Assembly: GCF_019464535.1 (NCBI RefSeq)
Contig: NZ_CP080507.1
Span: forward strand, 4,200,001 to 4,232,000
From: Horticoccus luteus
Lineage (GTDB): Bacteria; Verrucomicrobiota; Verrucomicrobiia; Opitutales; Opitutaceae
Length of the DNA: 32,000 nucleotides
Direction: 5' to 3'
Within the stretch, counting starts at the first letter, position 1; each line of letters starts with the position of its first letter. The translations under genes were made by a program, and so were the position numbers. Below are positions 9,455-20,301 of this stretch, piece by piece. Under the pieces are notes generated by a model that saw only the letters and a program-made list of their open reading frames with translations, searched no databases and was not told the origin of the DNA.

Positions 9455-10393
9455 TCAATTGTTTTCCGCCCGCCCGCTCGGCCAGGTGACGTTGCGCACC
9501 GGGTCGAACATCGCTTTCACTGCGCGCGACAACGCCGGGTCCGGCTCGCGCGTCAGGGCCGCCACCGCGCGCGTCACTTCCGCCGCACTCGCGAAACCGA
9601 TCACCGTGCAATCCACATCGTCGCGCGCCAAGGCATCGCTCAACGCCAGATCCGCCATGTCCACGCCCCGCGCGCGGCACCATTCCGCCGCACTCGCCGC
9701 CGCCGTCCGCACCGGCTCCGGGGCCGGATGCCACGCGGGCGGGCCCGCGTTCGTGAGCAATCCCATCGCAAGCGGCGCCGCGTTGATCACGCCGACACCA
9801 GCCGCTCGCAACTCCCGCGCCCAAGGCAGAAACGTGTCGTCGCTCAACGTCAGGTGACAATAGCTCAGCACCGCGTCGATGTGGTCGCGCGCCCGTTCCC
9901 ACACCGCCCGCAACGCCGTGAGTGGCAGCCCCGTGATGCCGATGCCACGGATCTTCCCCGCTTCGCGCAGCCGCTGCAGCGCCGGCAACGTCTCCTCCAC
10001 GATTTGGTCGCGCGCGCCAAATTCCAGATCGTGCACCTGCAACAGGTCGATGTGCCCGCAACCGAGCCGCGCCAGGCTTTCGTCCACGCCCGCCGTCACC
10101 CGCGCCGCGCTGAAATCGAACGTCGCCGGCCCTCCGTATCGCCCCGCCTTCGTCGCCAGCACATAGCATTCCCGCGGCACGCCGCGCAACGCCCGGCCCA
10201 ACGCCGTCTCCGCCGCCGTCGCGCCGTAATAGGGCGACGTGTCGAAATAATTTATTCCCGCGTCGAGCGCCGTCCGCACCGCCGCTTCCGCCTCCGTCTG
10301 CGACACCGGGCGAAACACGCTGCCGATCGGCGAACCGCCGAAGCCGATCGTGGAGACCGCCAAACCCGTGCGACCTAGGGGTCGTGTGCGCAT
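9455..10393 (-). CDS. Aldo/keto reductase (aldose 1-dehydrogenase-like, 312 aa)
   Basis: ATG at 10393 (MRTRPLGRTGLAVSTIGFGG). The AKR catalytic tetrad context is intact: FDTSPYYG (Asp, Tyr), ATKAG (Lys) and LQVHDL (His). Confidence 0.85.
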   Translation of the reverse strand: MRTRPLGRTGLAVSTIGFGGSPIGSVFRPVSQTEAEAAVRTALDAGINYFDTSPYYGATAAETALGRALRGVPRECYVLATKAGRYGGPATFDFSAARVTAGVDESLARLGCGHIDLLQVHDLEFGARDQIVEETLPALQRLREAGKIRGIGITGLPLTALRAVWERARDHIDAVLSYCHLTLSDDTFLPWARELRAAGVGVINAAPLAMGLLTNAGPPAWHPAPEPVRTAAASAAEWCRARGVDMADLALSDALARDDVDCTVIGFASAAEVTRAVAALTREPDPALSRAVKAMFDPVRNVTWPSGRAENN

Positions 10394-10452
10394 GAGAATC
10401 ACCACCGTGCGCCTTCCCCGCCGCCGCGCAACGCCGGAGTCCGCTGCCGCGT

Positions 10453-11412
10453 TCAGCCCGTAGCCGCCACGACCCGTTGAAACAAATCCTCCGGCAACGG
10501 CCCGGCCGCGAAATCCGTCAACGCCGCCTGCAACTCGCGCACGTTGCGCGCACCGATCACGACCCGATCGAGCCCCGCGAGGCTGAAGGCGAAACGATGC
10601 GCGAGGGTCGGCAGCGCCAGCCCGGTTGCCTCCGCCAGCACCTTCAATCGCTCCGCGCGCGCCAGCGCCGCAGGCCACACCCAGTGCGGACGTTCCTGAA
10701 TGAACTCCTCAAATCGCCCGCCCAACAAACCCATGTGCAGCGGGCTCGCGCCATACGTGGCCACGCCAGCGCGCCGCAACCTCGGCACCTCCTCGCGCGC
10801 CCCATCGAGCACGCAGGCATCGAGCCGCCGAAACAACATCACCACGTCAACGCCTTCGCCCTCCAACAGGCCGTCCCACGCCGCACCGTCGCCGCCCGCG
10901 AGGCCGATCCGCCGCGCGAGCCCGTCCGCCCGCAACTGCCGCAGCGTGGCCGCAACCCGCGGGCGCTCCTCGCGCGGCACATGATCCGGTTCATGCAGAA
11001 AAAGCAGATCGATCCGCTCAACGCCCAGCGCCGCGAGGCTGCGTTCCACCGACGTCCGCATTCCCGCCGGCGAAAAGTCGAACGCCAGTTCCAACGCGCC
11101 GCTCGCCGCGATGCGCCCGACCTTCGTGCTGATGATCGGACGCTGTCCGCGCCACGTCGCCAACGCCGCGCCCAGCAACTCCTCGCCGCGTCCGTAAGCC
11201 GGCGCCACGTCGAACACCGTCACGCCCGCCGCCAGCGCCGCGCGCAACGTCTCCCGCGCTTCGCCCTCGTCCACCGCCCCCCACGCGCCGCCCAACCCCG
11301 CCAGTCCCAACGCCAATCGCGCCCCGCCCAGCCCCAGCTCCACCAATCGCGTGGACGGCGCAAGTGTCGCCTGACACGCAGGACGAGAAAACCGAAATGT
11401 CGGATCGACCAT
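10453..11412 (-). CDS. Aldo/keto reductase, second paralog (319 aa)
   Basis: ATG at 11412 (MVDPTFRF). The tetrad context is FDVAPAYGRGE, STKVG and LFLHEP. Confidence 0.8.
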   Translation of the reverse strand: MVDPTFRFSRPACQATLAPSTRLVELGLGGARLALGLAGLGGAWGAVDEGEARETLRAALAAGVTVFDVAPAYGRGEELLGAALATWRGQRPIISTKVGRIAASGALELAFDFSPAGMRTSVERSLAALGVERIDLLFLHEPDHVPREERPRVAATLRQLRADGLARRIGLAGGDGAAWDGLLEGEGVDVVMLFRRLDACVLDGAREEVPRLRRAGVATYGASPLHMGLLGGRFEEFIQERPHWVWPAALARAERLKVLAEATGLALPTLAHRFAFSLAGLDRVVIGARNVRELQAALTDFAAGPLPEDLFQRVVAATG

Positions 11413-11527
11413 TCTCCGCACCGTGGCGCGTGTCGCCGCCGTTGTCGTGACGAAAATCTCCCCGCACCTCGGCAACTCCGCGCCGAAGAAAACGCGTTGT
11501 CCCTTTCCCCCGCCAGACCGCGCGCCT

Positions 11528-11585
11528 CTCCACGTGCGGCCGAAACGCGCAGCCACGCCGCGCACCTCCTCCACGTGCGGCCGAA
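11528..11585. repeat. Direct repeat of ctccacgtgcggccgaa (17/17 identical, 20/21 with flanks), 41 bp start to start
   Basis: The copies lie at 11528-11544 and 11569-11585. They are non-coding and sit 116-173 bp upstream of the first AKR gene of the minus-strand operon, downstream of the htrA terminator. Confidence 0.6.
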
Positions 11586-11654
11586 GCGCCCCGCCAAACC
11601 GCACACGACCGTGCGTTCAGCCAACGCGGCCCACCGTCTTCGATTCCGCTGGCG

Positions 11655-11695
11655 CCAAAACAAAAACGCCGCGCTCCCTTCGGAGTCGCGGCGTT
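11655..11695 (-). terminator. Rho-independent terminator downstream of the HtrA-family gene
   Basis: The stem aacgccgcg (11665-11673) pairs with cgcggcgtt (11687-11695), with an inner ctcc/ggag pairing. On the minus strand it is followed by a T-run (plus-strand ccaaaacaaaaa, 11655-11666). Confidence 0.7.
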
Positions 11696-11705
11696 GAAGG
11701 GGTTG

Positions 11706-11730
11706 CGACGCGCGTATCATTCGCGCGTCG
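11706..11730 (-). other. Perfect 9-bp hairpin directly after the htrA stop codon
   Basis: cgacgcgcg (11706-11714) and cgcgcgtcg (11722-11730) flank a 7-nt loop. It lies in tandem with the terminator at 11655-11695 and has no U-tract of its own. Confidence 0.5.
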
Positions 11731-11736
11731 GAGGCT

Positions 11737-13233
<1,497 letters not shown>

Positions 13234-13487
13234 GAGTAAAAAATGATTTCTTCCACCACCGCCCGCCGTCGGAGGCGCGAGGGATGCTAATATCCCCCAG
13301 CTTCGCGGTTTCCGCCAGTGCCAGAATGGCCAAGACTGCATCCGGCCCGCACGGGTTCCGTCGAGTTGCGCCGCCGCGCTGCCGCCGTGCGCCGAGAACG
13401 TTTGCCGCGCAACGCCTTCGCCCGCCCGGCGGCGCCGCGCACGTGGGAATTGACCGCACCTCCCGCCCCCGCCATCTCTGACGGGCT

Positions 13488-15014
13488 ATGTCCGAAACTT
13501 CCGCCTCCACCGACGTCTCCATGGAAACCCTCGTCGCGCTCTGCAAACGCCGCGGTTTCATCTTTCAGTCGTCCGAAATCTACGGCGGATTCAACGGCTT
13601 CTTCGACTACGGCCCGCTCGGCGTCGAGTTGAAGAAGAACATCCGCGACTGCTGGTGGAACGACATGGTCCGCCGCCGCGACGACGTCGTCGGCATCGAG
13701 ACCTCCATCATCATGCATCCGAAGGTCTGGGAAGCCTCCGGCCACGTCGCCGGCTTCACCGACCCGCTCGTCGACTGCAAGACGAGCAAGCAACGCTACC
13801 GCGCCGACCAACTCTTTTTCGCCGCCGTCATCGTCGATGGCGCCACCGTCGGCTACGTTTCCGCGCTCGAATCCGAAAACACCGCCGGCGAACTCCAGGC
13901 CGCCGCGGAAACCCTCAAGCGCAAGAAAGCCATCCAGGGCCAGCTCGCCGCCGTCGTCGCGAAAGACATGACCGAGGCCGCGCCCGACGAGATCGCCCTC
14001 ATCCCCTCGCCCGCCACCGGCGAGCCCGGCAGCCTCACCGCGCCGCGCTCCTTCAACATGATGTTTCAGACGAACGTCGGCGCCATGACCGACGCCTCGT
14101 CCGTCGCCTACCTGCGCCCCGAAACCGCTCAGGGCATGTTCGTCGACTTCAAGAACGTCGTCGACACCGGCCGCGTGAAACTCCCCTTCGGCATCGCCCA
14201 AATCGGCAAGTCCTTCCGCAACGAAATCACCCCGCGCAACTTCATCTTCCGCTCCCGCGAGTTCGAGCAGATGGAGATGGAATACTTCATCCACGAAGAC
14301 GCCGATTGGGCCACCTGCCACCAGGAATGGATCGCGTGGTGCCGCGACTGGCTCCTCTCCATCGGCCTCCCCGATTCGCACCTCTCGCTCTACACCCACC
14401 CGAAGGAGAAACTCTCGTTCTACTCCCGCGGCACGGTGGACATCATGTTCAAATACCCGTTCGGCGTGCAGGAGCTCTGGGGCATCGCCGCCCGCGGCAA
14501 CTACGATCTCACCCAACACGCCAACGCCTCCGGCAAGCCGCAGGAAATTTTCGACGAAGCCACGAAAAAGAAATTCGTGCCGCACGTCATCGAGCCCGCC
14601 GTCGGCACCGACCGCATCTTCCTCGCCGTCCTCTGCGCCGCCTACGCGGAAGAGGACGTGAAGGATGACAAGGGCAACGTCGAGAAACGCACCGTCCTGC
14701 GCCTCAGCCCGCGCATCGCCCCGGTCAAAGTCGCCGTCCTCCCGCTCCTCAAAAACAAGGAAGCGCTCGTCGGCCGCGCGAAGGAACTCTACACCAAACT
14801 CAAGCGCCGCTACGCCGCGTTCTACGACGAAGGCGGCGCCATCGGCCGCCGTTATCGTCGCCAGGACGAAATCGGCACGCCGTGGTGCGTGACCATCGAC
14901 TTCGATACGATTGAAAAAGACGGCAGCTTCACCCTGCGCGAACGCGATTCGATGACGCAAAAGCGCATCCAGGAAGCCGACCTCTTCGCCTTGCTCGAGG
15001 AGCAGGTTTACTAA
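13488..15014 (+). CDS. glyQS: Glycine--tRNA ligase, single-chain class II (alpha2) type
   Basis: The N-terminus reads [43 protein letters not shown]. Class II motifs include [25 protein letters not shown]. The C-terminal anticodon-binding region includes [11 protein letters not shown]. Confidence 0.93.
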   Translation: MSETSASTDVSMETLVALCKRRGFIFQSSEIYGGFNGFFDYGPLGVELKKNIRDCWWNDMVRRRDDVVGIETSIIMHPKVWEASGHVAGFTDPLVDCKTSKQRYRADQLFFAAVIVDGATVGYVSALESENTAGELQAAAETLKRKKAIQGQLAAVVAKDMTEAAPDEIALIPSPATGEPGSLTAPRSFNMMFQTNVGAMTDASSVAYLRPETAQGMFVDFKNVVDTGRVKLPFGIAQIGKSFRNEITPRNFIFRSREFEQMEMEYFIHEDADWATCHQEWIAWCRDWLLSIGLPDSHLSLYTHPKEKLSFYSRGTVDIMFKYPFGVQELWGIAARGNYDLTQHANASGKPQEIFDEATKKKFVPHVIEPAVGTDRIFLAVLCAAYAEEDVKDDKGNVEKRTVLRLSPRIAPVKVAVLPLLKNKEALVGRAKELYTKLKRRYAAFYDEGGAIGRRYRRQDEIGTPWCVTIDFDTIEKDGSFTLRERDSMTQKRIQEADLFALLEEQVY

Positions 15015-15038
15015 CCTGCACTCCTCGCACGTCACCAC

Positions 15039-15068
15039 GCGACGCCCGCGGCCCGCCGCGGGCGTCGC
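15039..15068 (+). terminator. Perfect 13-bp GC hairpin after glyQS (terminator-like, weak U-tract)
   Basis: gcgacgcccgcgg (15039-15051) pairs with ccgcgggcgtcgc (15056-15068) around the loop cccg. It is followed by gcccttcc rather than a clean T-run. Confidence 0.5.
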
Positions 15069-15166
15069 GCCCTTCCTGCGCCCGCCCCGCCGGCCGCATC
15101 GGCTGATCGCATTCGCGCGCTGGCGTCAGGGCTGAGCCTACGCTACGCTGTCCCTTTCATTTTTCC

Positions 15167-18100
15167 ATGTGTGCCAAGTTCCGTTCGCCTGCTGTCCGCG
15201 CCGTCCGCACTCCCGAGGCGCTGAAGACGCTGCGCGCTTGGCTCGCCGAGTTGCCGGAGCACGCCCGCGCGCGCGGCACCGTGTATTTCAACGACGGCCG
15301 CGTCCGCTCCCTCCGCGCCCCCGCCGATCACTACGTCGAAGCCTCCGTCCAGGGCGAAAACCGCTACACGACCACCCTCTTCTTCACCCGCGGCGCGTGG
15401 ACCTCCTCCTGCTCCTGCCCCGTCGGCGCCGAATGCAAACACGCCGCCGCCGCCGCCCTCGCGTGGCTCGCCCACGTGCACAGCGGCGCGATCGACGGCG
15501 CTGATCCCACGCAGCTTTCCCGCGACGCCCCGCCCCGCGAAGCGCCGCCGCCACCCTCGCTCTCGTTTCGCCAACACTGGTCGCCCATCATCGCAAGCCA
15601 GCTCGGCCGCGCGCTCAGCGCCTCTGAAGCCACGCAGCTCGACGAACTCGCCGCGCTCTTCGACGAGTTTACTCAAGCCAACGGCACGCTCTACCCCGGC
15701 GCACTCCTGCGCCACGGCTTCGACTACACGCCCCCGCCCGGCGCGCCGCTTTATAAACCCGCGTTCGCCGGTTGGTGGGACGCCAACACCGGCCCCGCCG
15801 ACCCGTGGGCCCTCTGGCAATACATCGCTTACGACTACGAACGCGCCGGCCGCGAAATTCCCGAGGTCTTCCGCCCGCTCACCAACACCGCCGCCATCGG
15901 CCCCGCCGTCAGCGAACGCCTCGCGCAAAACGAACTCGCCGCCTGGCAACGCGCCCTCGCCACCGAGCCGCCTGCGACGGAAACGCATCCCGCCCTCGTT
16001 GATATCTCCGGTTTGCGCGCGCGCATTCACCCCAGCGGTGGTCTCGTGATTGAAATGCGCAGCGGCAGCAGCGCCGCGTGGCGGCCGCCCGGCCGCGCCT
16101 GGTTCGAAACCATCGGCACCGCCCGCCCCGTCGATTTCGAACGCCTCACCCCGCCCGAAGCCGCGCTCGGCCTCGCCCTCGCCGCCGAATGCCGCGCCGG
16201 TTTCGAAATTCCTGGCGCCCGCCGCCCGCTGCCTGCTCCCGTCGCCGGCCACCTCTTTCGCACCCGCGCCGCGCGCGACGCCATTGTGCTCCCGGACGGC
16301 CGGCCTCTGCTCATCGAACCCGCAGCGCTCGCCCTCGAGGCCCGCGTCTCACCCGGCTCCTCCGACCGCCTCGACCTCCGCCTCGTCACACCCGATGGCC
16401 GCGACGCTGCGCGGGCCGTGCTGCTCACGGTGCGCCCGACTCCTCTCTACTTTTTCGATCAACGCGTCTGGCACGGTCCGCCACCCACGCCGGAATCCGC
16501 CCTGCCCAAATCCGCCCTCGGCCATCCGAAATTGATGTCCCGCCTCCGCGCCGTCGGCCTGCGGCTGCCGCCCGAACTCGAAGAAAACGTCCGGCGCACC
16601 GTCCTGCTTCCACACCTGCGCTGCTGGCTCGCCGCTTCGCCCGGCGACGAGGACGCGATGGATTTTCACGCGCAGCTTTTCGCGCGCGACCCACACTCGT
16701 CGCTGGAACAGCAATGGACGCGCACCGGCTGGCAATGGACCGCGCAAGGCACGCCGCCGGCGCGCCGCCCCAACGACCCGTTTCTCGAATTCGATCTCGC
16801 CGCCGCCCAGGCGCTCACGCCGCGCCTCGCCGATTTCCAACTCGAATGGCATGCGTGGGAAAACGACTGGGCGCGCCCCACGACGAAGGCGTTTCCCGAG
16901 GAGTTCATCGCCTGGCACGCCACATTGCCGCCCGGCGTCGCCGTCGAAACTTCCCCCGGGCTCGCCACCCTGCTCGGGCCGCCGCTGCGCGCACACATTG
17001 ATTTCTCCGCCGCCCCCGCGCCCGAATCCGCCGGCCGCGACTGGTTCAACGTCACCACCAAACTGCGCGTGCAGGACACGCAGCTCACACCCGAGGAAAT
17101 CGCGTTGCTCCTCAAAGCCCGCGGCAAATGGGTCAACCTTCCCCGCCGCGGCTGGCAACGCCTCGAGGTCATCGCCGACGAATCCGCGACCGCCGCCCTC
17201 GACCGCCTCGGGCTCGATCCGGTCGATGTGCTCCACGAAGGCCGCCCGTCGGTGCATCGCGTGCACGCCTTGCAACTCGCCGCCGAAGCCGACGCGCTTG
17301 AAGCCCGCGACGCCCGCCTCGCGCACGCCCTCCGCGAGCGCGTGCACGCCCTCACCAGCACCCCGACGCCCGCCTTGCCCGCGGGCCTGAAGGCCACGCT
17401 CCGCCCGTATCAGGCGGAAGGTTTCCATTTCCTCTGCCACCTTTCCGCGCTCGGCCTCGGCGGCGTGCTCGCCGACGACATGGGCTTGGGCAAAACCGTG
17501 CAGACGCTCGCGTGGCTGCTCCATCTCGCCGCGGCGAAGACCACCGCCGACGCTCCGTTGCGCGCGCTCGTCGTGTGTCCGAAAAGCGTCGTTCACGGCT
17601 GGCTCGCCGAGACCGCCCGCTTCGCCCCCGCGCTCCACGCGACCCCGCTCAACCCCAACCGCCTCGGCGAACAACTCACCTCCGCGCACGCCCAGCTCAC
17701 CGTCGCCAACTACACGCAACTCCGCCTCCACGCCGGCTGGTTCCGCACGCAAAACTGGGATGTCGTCGTCCTCGACGAAGGCCAGTTCATCAAAAATCCC
17801 GGCAGCCAGGTCGCCAGCGCCGCGCGGGCGCTCCCCAGCCGCCACCGCCTCGTCCTCACGGGCACGCCGATCGAAAACCGGCTCACCGATCTCTGGAGTT
17901 TGTTCGCGTTTGCGCAGCCCGGCTTGCTCGGCACGCAGTCCGCGTTTCGCCGCCAGCACGATCAAGCCGACTCCGCTGCGCTCTCCCGCCTCCACCGGCG
18001 CGTGCGGCATTTTCTCCTCCGCCGCACCAAAGCCCAGGCTGCGCCCGATCTGCCGCCGCGCACCGAGGACGATCTCATCGTCGAACTCGAGGGCGGACAA

Positions 18101-18772
18101 CGCCGCCTCTACGACGCCGAACTCAAACGCGCCCGCGCCCACCTCCTCGGCGTCGAAACCGACCAGGCCCTCTCGCGCGTGCGCTTCAACGTCCTCTCCA
18201 GCCTCCTCCGCCTGCGCCAGATTTGCTGCCACCCCGGACTCGTCGATCCGGCGCATCGCGATCTGCCGAGCGCAAAACTCGACACCCTCGTCGAACACCT
18301 CGAAGAGCTCCGCGACGAAGGTCACCAGGTCCTCGTGTTCAGCCAGTTCGTCGGCATGCTGGAGATCATCCGCGATTCGCTCGACCGCGTCGGCATCAAC
18401 CACTTGATGCTCACCGGCGCCACCGAAGATCGCGGCGCGTTGGTCGAGACGTTTCAGACCGACAAAACCAAAACGGTTTTTCTCCTCTCGCTCAAAGCCG
18501 CCGGCTTCGGCCTCAACCTCACCGCCGCGAGCTACGCGTTCCTCTACGATCCGTGGTGGAATCCCGCCGCGGAAGCGCAGGCCATCGACCGCACCCACCG
18601 CATCGGGCAGACGCAACCCGTCGTCGCCTACCGCCTTCTCGCCGAGGACACCGTGGAGCAAAAGATCCGCCTCCTCCAACGCGACAAAGCCGCCCTCGCC
18701 TCTGCGGTCGTCCAGGAAGAGTCGCTCGCAAGCGTTCTCGACCTCGACACGCTCCGCCAAGTCCTCGCCTGA
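15167..18772 (+). CDS. SNF2-family helicase with an N-terminal SWIM zinc finger (1201 aa)
   Basis: The SWIM CxCxnCxH pattern is CSCPVGAECKHAAAAAL. SNF2 ATPase motifs are DDMGLGKT (I), VLDEGQFIKN (II) and LTGTPIENRL (III). The helicase C-domain motif is QAIDRTHRIGQ. A long middle region is consistent with the SNF2-associated domain. Confidence 0.9.
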   Translation: MCAKFRSPAVRAVRTPEALKTLRAWLAELPEHARARGTVYFNDGRVRSLRAPADHYVEASVQGENRYTTTLFFTRGAWTSSCSCPVGAECKHAAAAALAWLAHVHSGAIDGADPTQLSRDAPPREAPPPPSLSFRQHWSPIIASQLGRALSASEATQLDELAALFDEFTQANGTLYPGALLRHGFDYTPPPGAPLYKPAFAGWWDANTGPADPWALWQYIAYDYERAGREIPEVFRPLTNTAAIGPAVSERLAQNELAAWQRALATEPPATETHPALVDISGLRARIHPSGGLVIEMRSGSSAAWRPPGRAWFETIGTARPVDFERLTPPEAALGLALAAECRAGFEIPGARRPLPAPVAGHLFRTRAARDAIVLPDGRPLLIEPAALALEARVSPGSSDRLDLRLVTPDGRDAARAVLLTVRPTPLYFFDQRVWHGPPPTPESALPKSALGHPKLMSRLRAVGLRLPPELEENVRRTVLLPHLRCWLAASPGDEDAMDFHAQLFARDPHSSLEQQWTRTGWQWTAQGTPPARRPNDPFLEFDLAAAQALTPRLADFQLEWHAWENDWARPTTKAFPEEFIAWHATLPPGVAVETSPGLATLLGPPLRAHIDFSAAPAPESAGRDWFNVTTKLRVQDTQLTPEEIALLLKARGKWVNLPRRGWQRLEVIADESATAALDRLGLDPVDVLHEGRPSVHRVHALQLAAEADALEARDARLAHALRERVHALTSTPTPALPAGLKATLRPYQAEGFHFLCHLSALGLGGVLADDMGLGKTVQTLAWLLHLAAAKTTADAPLRALVVCPKSVVHGWLAETARFAPALHATPLNPNRLGEQLTSAHAQLTVANYTQLRLHAGWFRTQNWDVVVLDEGQFIKNPGSQVASAARALPSRHRLVLTGTPIENRLTDLWSLFAFAQPGLLGTQSAFRRQHDQADSAALSRLHRRVRHFLLRRTKAQAAPDLPPRTEDDLIVELEGGQRRLYDAELKRARAHLLGVETDQALSRVRFNVLSSLLRLRQICCHPGLVDPAHRDLPSAKLDTLVEHLEELRDEGHQVLVFSQFVGMLEIIRDSLDRVGINHLMLTGATEDRGALVETFQTDKTKTVFLLSLKAAGFGLNLTAASYAFLYDPWWNPAAEAQAIDRTHRIGQTQPVVAYRLLAEDTVEQKIRLLQRDKAALASAVVQEESLASVLDLDTLRQVLA

Positions 18773-18825
18773 CCCACGGCGGTTTTACGCTCGCGGCCCC
18801 GACCCAACCCGGATTTTTCCCGCGC

Positions 18826-20238
18826 ATGTCCGCACCTGACTCCGCCGCCGAGCCGACGGGCGTTTTTCGCACCATCCTCCAGTCGTTTCGCGGCGAACAC
18901 CACGACTACACCGCCGCGCCCCTGCAGCGCGCGGTCATCCTCCTCGCCGTGCCGATGGTCCTCGAGATGGTGATGGAATCACTCTTCGCGGTCGTGGACA
19001 TCTTCTGGGTCTCCCACCTCGGCGCCCGGGCCATCGCGGCCGTCGGCCTTACCGAATCGGTCATGTCGCTGATCTACGCGCTCGCGATCGGCATCTCCAT
19101 CGCCGCCACGGCCATCGTCGCGCGCCGCATCGGTGAGAAAGCTCCCGCCGAAGCAGCCCGCGCCGCCGGCCAGATCATCCTTCTCGCCCTCGCCTGCGCC
19201 GGCGCCATCGGCCTCGCTCTCGCGTTCGCCGCGCCCCACATCCTCGGCCTGATGGGTGCGGATGCGCCGACGACCGCCATCGGTGGCTCCTTCGCTCGCA
19301 TCATGCTCGGCGGCAACGTCACTGTCTTCCTGATCTTCGTTATCAACGCCATCTTCCGCGGCGTCGGCGATCCCGTCCTCGCCATGCGCACGCTCTGGCT
19401 CGCCAACGGCCTCAACCTGATTCTCGACCCCTGCTTCATCTTCGGCTGGGGCCCGTTTCCCGAACTCGGCCTCGCCGGCGCTGCTGTCGCCACCAACTGC
19501 GGCCGCGCCCTCGGCGTCCTCTACCAGCTCTGGCACCTCACCGGCACGCACGGCCGTCTCCGCCTGCACCTCGCGCACTTTCGCCCCGACGCGAAACTCC
19601 TCCGCACCATCCTCGGCACCGCCCGCAACGGCATCGCGCAGCTCCTCATCAACACCACCAGTTGGATCGGGCTGTTCAAGATTCTCGCCTACTTCGGCTC
19701 GTCCGCCCTGGCCGGCTACACGATCGCCATCCGCGTCGTGATCTTCGCACTCATGCCCGCGTGGGGCCTCGCCAACGCCGGCGCCACCCTCGTCGGCCAG
19801 AACCTCGGCGCCCAAAAGCCCGATCGCGCCGAAGCCGCCGTCCGCCTGGCCGCGCGTTTCAACATGATTTTCCTCGGCGCCACGGGCCTCCTCTTCGTTC
19901 TGGCCGCCAGTTTTATCGCCCGCCTCTTCACGACCGATCCGGACGTCCTGCGCTACGCCACCCGCGCGCTCTGGATCGTCAGCCTCGGCTTCCCCTTCTA
20001 CGCCGCCGGCATGTGTTTCGAAGCCGCCTTCAACGGCGCCGGCGACACGTGGACACCCACCCGCCTCAATTTCTTCTTCTTCTGGCTCGGCCAGGTTCCG
20101 TTGGCCTGGATTCTCGCCCGGCCCCTCGGCCTCGGCCCGCTCGGCGTCTTCATCGCCGTCCCGGTCTCCTTTTCCGCCCTCGCCCTGACCACTTGGCTGC
20201 TCTTCCGCCGCGGCCATTGGAAGCGCCAAAAAGTCTGA
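18826..20238 (+). CDS. MATE-family efflux transporter (470 aa)
   Basis: ATG at 18826 (MSAPDSAAEP). The track ORF 17512..20238 is the same frame running open through the 3' end of the helicase gene. There are about 12 hydrophobic segments, and the typical MATE start is LLAVPMVLEMVMESLFAVVDIFWVSHLG. Confidence 0.88.
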   Translation: MSAPDSAAEPTGVFRTILQSFRGEHHDYTAAPLQRAVILLAVPMVLEMVMESLFAVVDIFWVSHLGARAIAAVGLTESVMSLIYALAIGISIAATAIVARRIGEKAPAEAARAAGQIILLALACAGAIGLALAFAAPHILGLMGADAPTTAIGGSFARIMLGGNVTVFLIFVINAIFRGVGDPVLAMRTLWLANGLNLILDPCFIFGWGPFPELGLAGAAVATNCGRALGVLYQLWHLTGTHGRLRLHLAHFRPDAKLLRTILGTARNGIAQLLINTTSWIGLFKILAYFGSSALAGYTIAIRVVIFALMPAWGLANAGATLVGQNLGAQKPDRAEAAVRLAARFNMIFLGATGLLFVLAASFIARLFTTDPDVLRYATRALWIVSLGFPFYAAGMCFEAAFNGAGDTWTPTRLNFFFFWLGQVPLAWILARPLGLGPLGVFIAVPVSFSALALTTWLLFRRGHWKRQKV

Positions 20239-20301
20239 CGCAAACGCTGGTCAAACCGCGGCGCTGACCGATCGACTCTTCCGCGGCGCCGCGCGGCACC
20301 C

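Noticed and set aside
9444-10169. N-terminal extension of track ORF 8427..10169 (and similar extensions of 9455..10678, 10453..11604, 11737..13341, 22363..23277, 23027..24217 and 30391..31779)
   Set aside because: The extensions overlap the upstream genes in another frame and are low-complexity. Internal ATGs, each verified in the sequence, give proteins that begin where family conservation begins.
13287-15038. 583-aa minus-strand ORF covering glyQS
   Set aside because: The plus frame is an unmistakable glycyl-tRNA synthetase. The antisense translation has no recognisable motifs.
16101-16111. tRNA T-arm-like string ggttcgaaacc
   Set aside because: It lies inside the SNF2 coding frame. No acceptor, D or anticodon stems can be built around it. 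I found no tRNA in the window.
16349-18760. 803-aa minus-strand ORF, plus several Arg/Pro-rich plus-strand ORFs, inside the SNF2 gene
   Set aside because: The SNF2 frame carries all the helicase motifs. The alternative frames are low-complexity shadows.
17512-18825. Upstream 438 codons of the track ORF 17512..20238
   Set aside because: This part is an Arg/Pro-rich off-frame reading of the SNF2 gene. Membrane-protein character begins only at ATG 18826, so the MATE gene is called from there.
20239-20301. Possible bidirectional terminator between the convergent MATE and 423-aa genes
   Set aside because: Only imperfect GC-rich complementarity is present (cgcggcgc ... gcgccgcg), with a loop of about 20 nt and no T-run on either strand. 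That is not enough to call.
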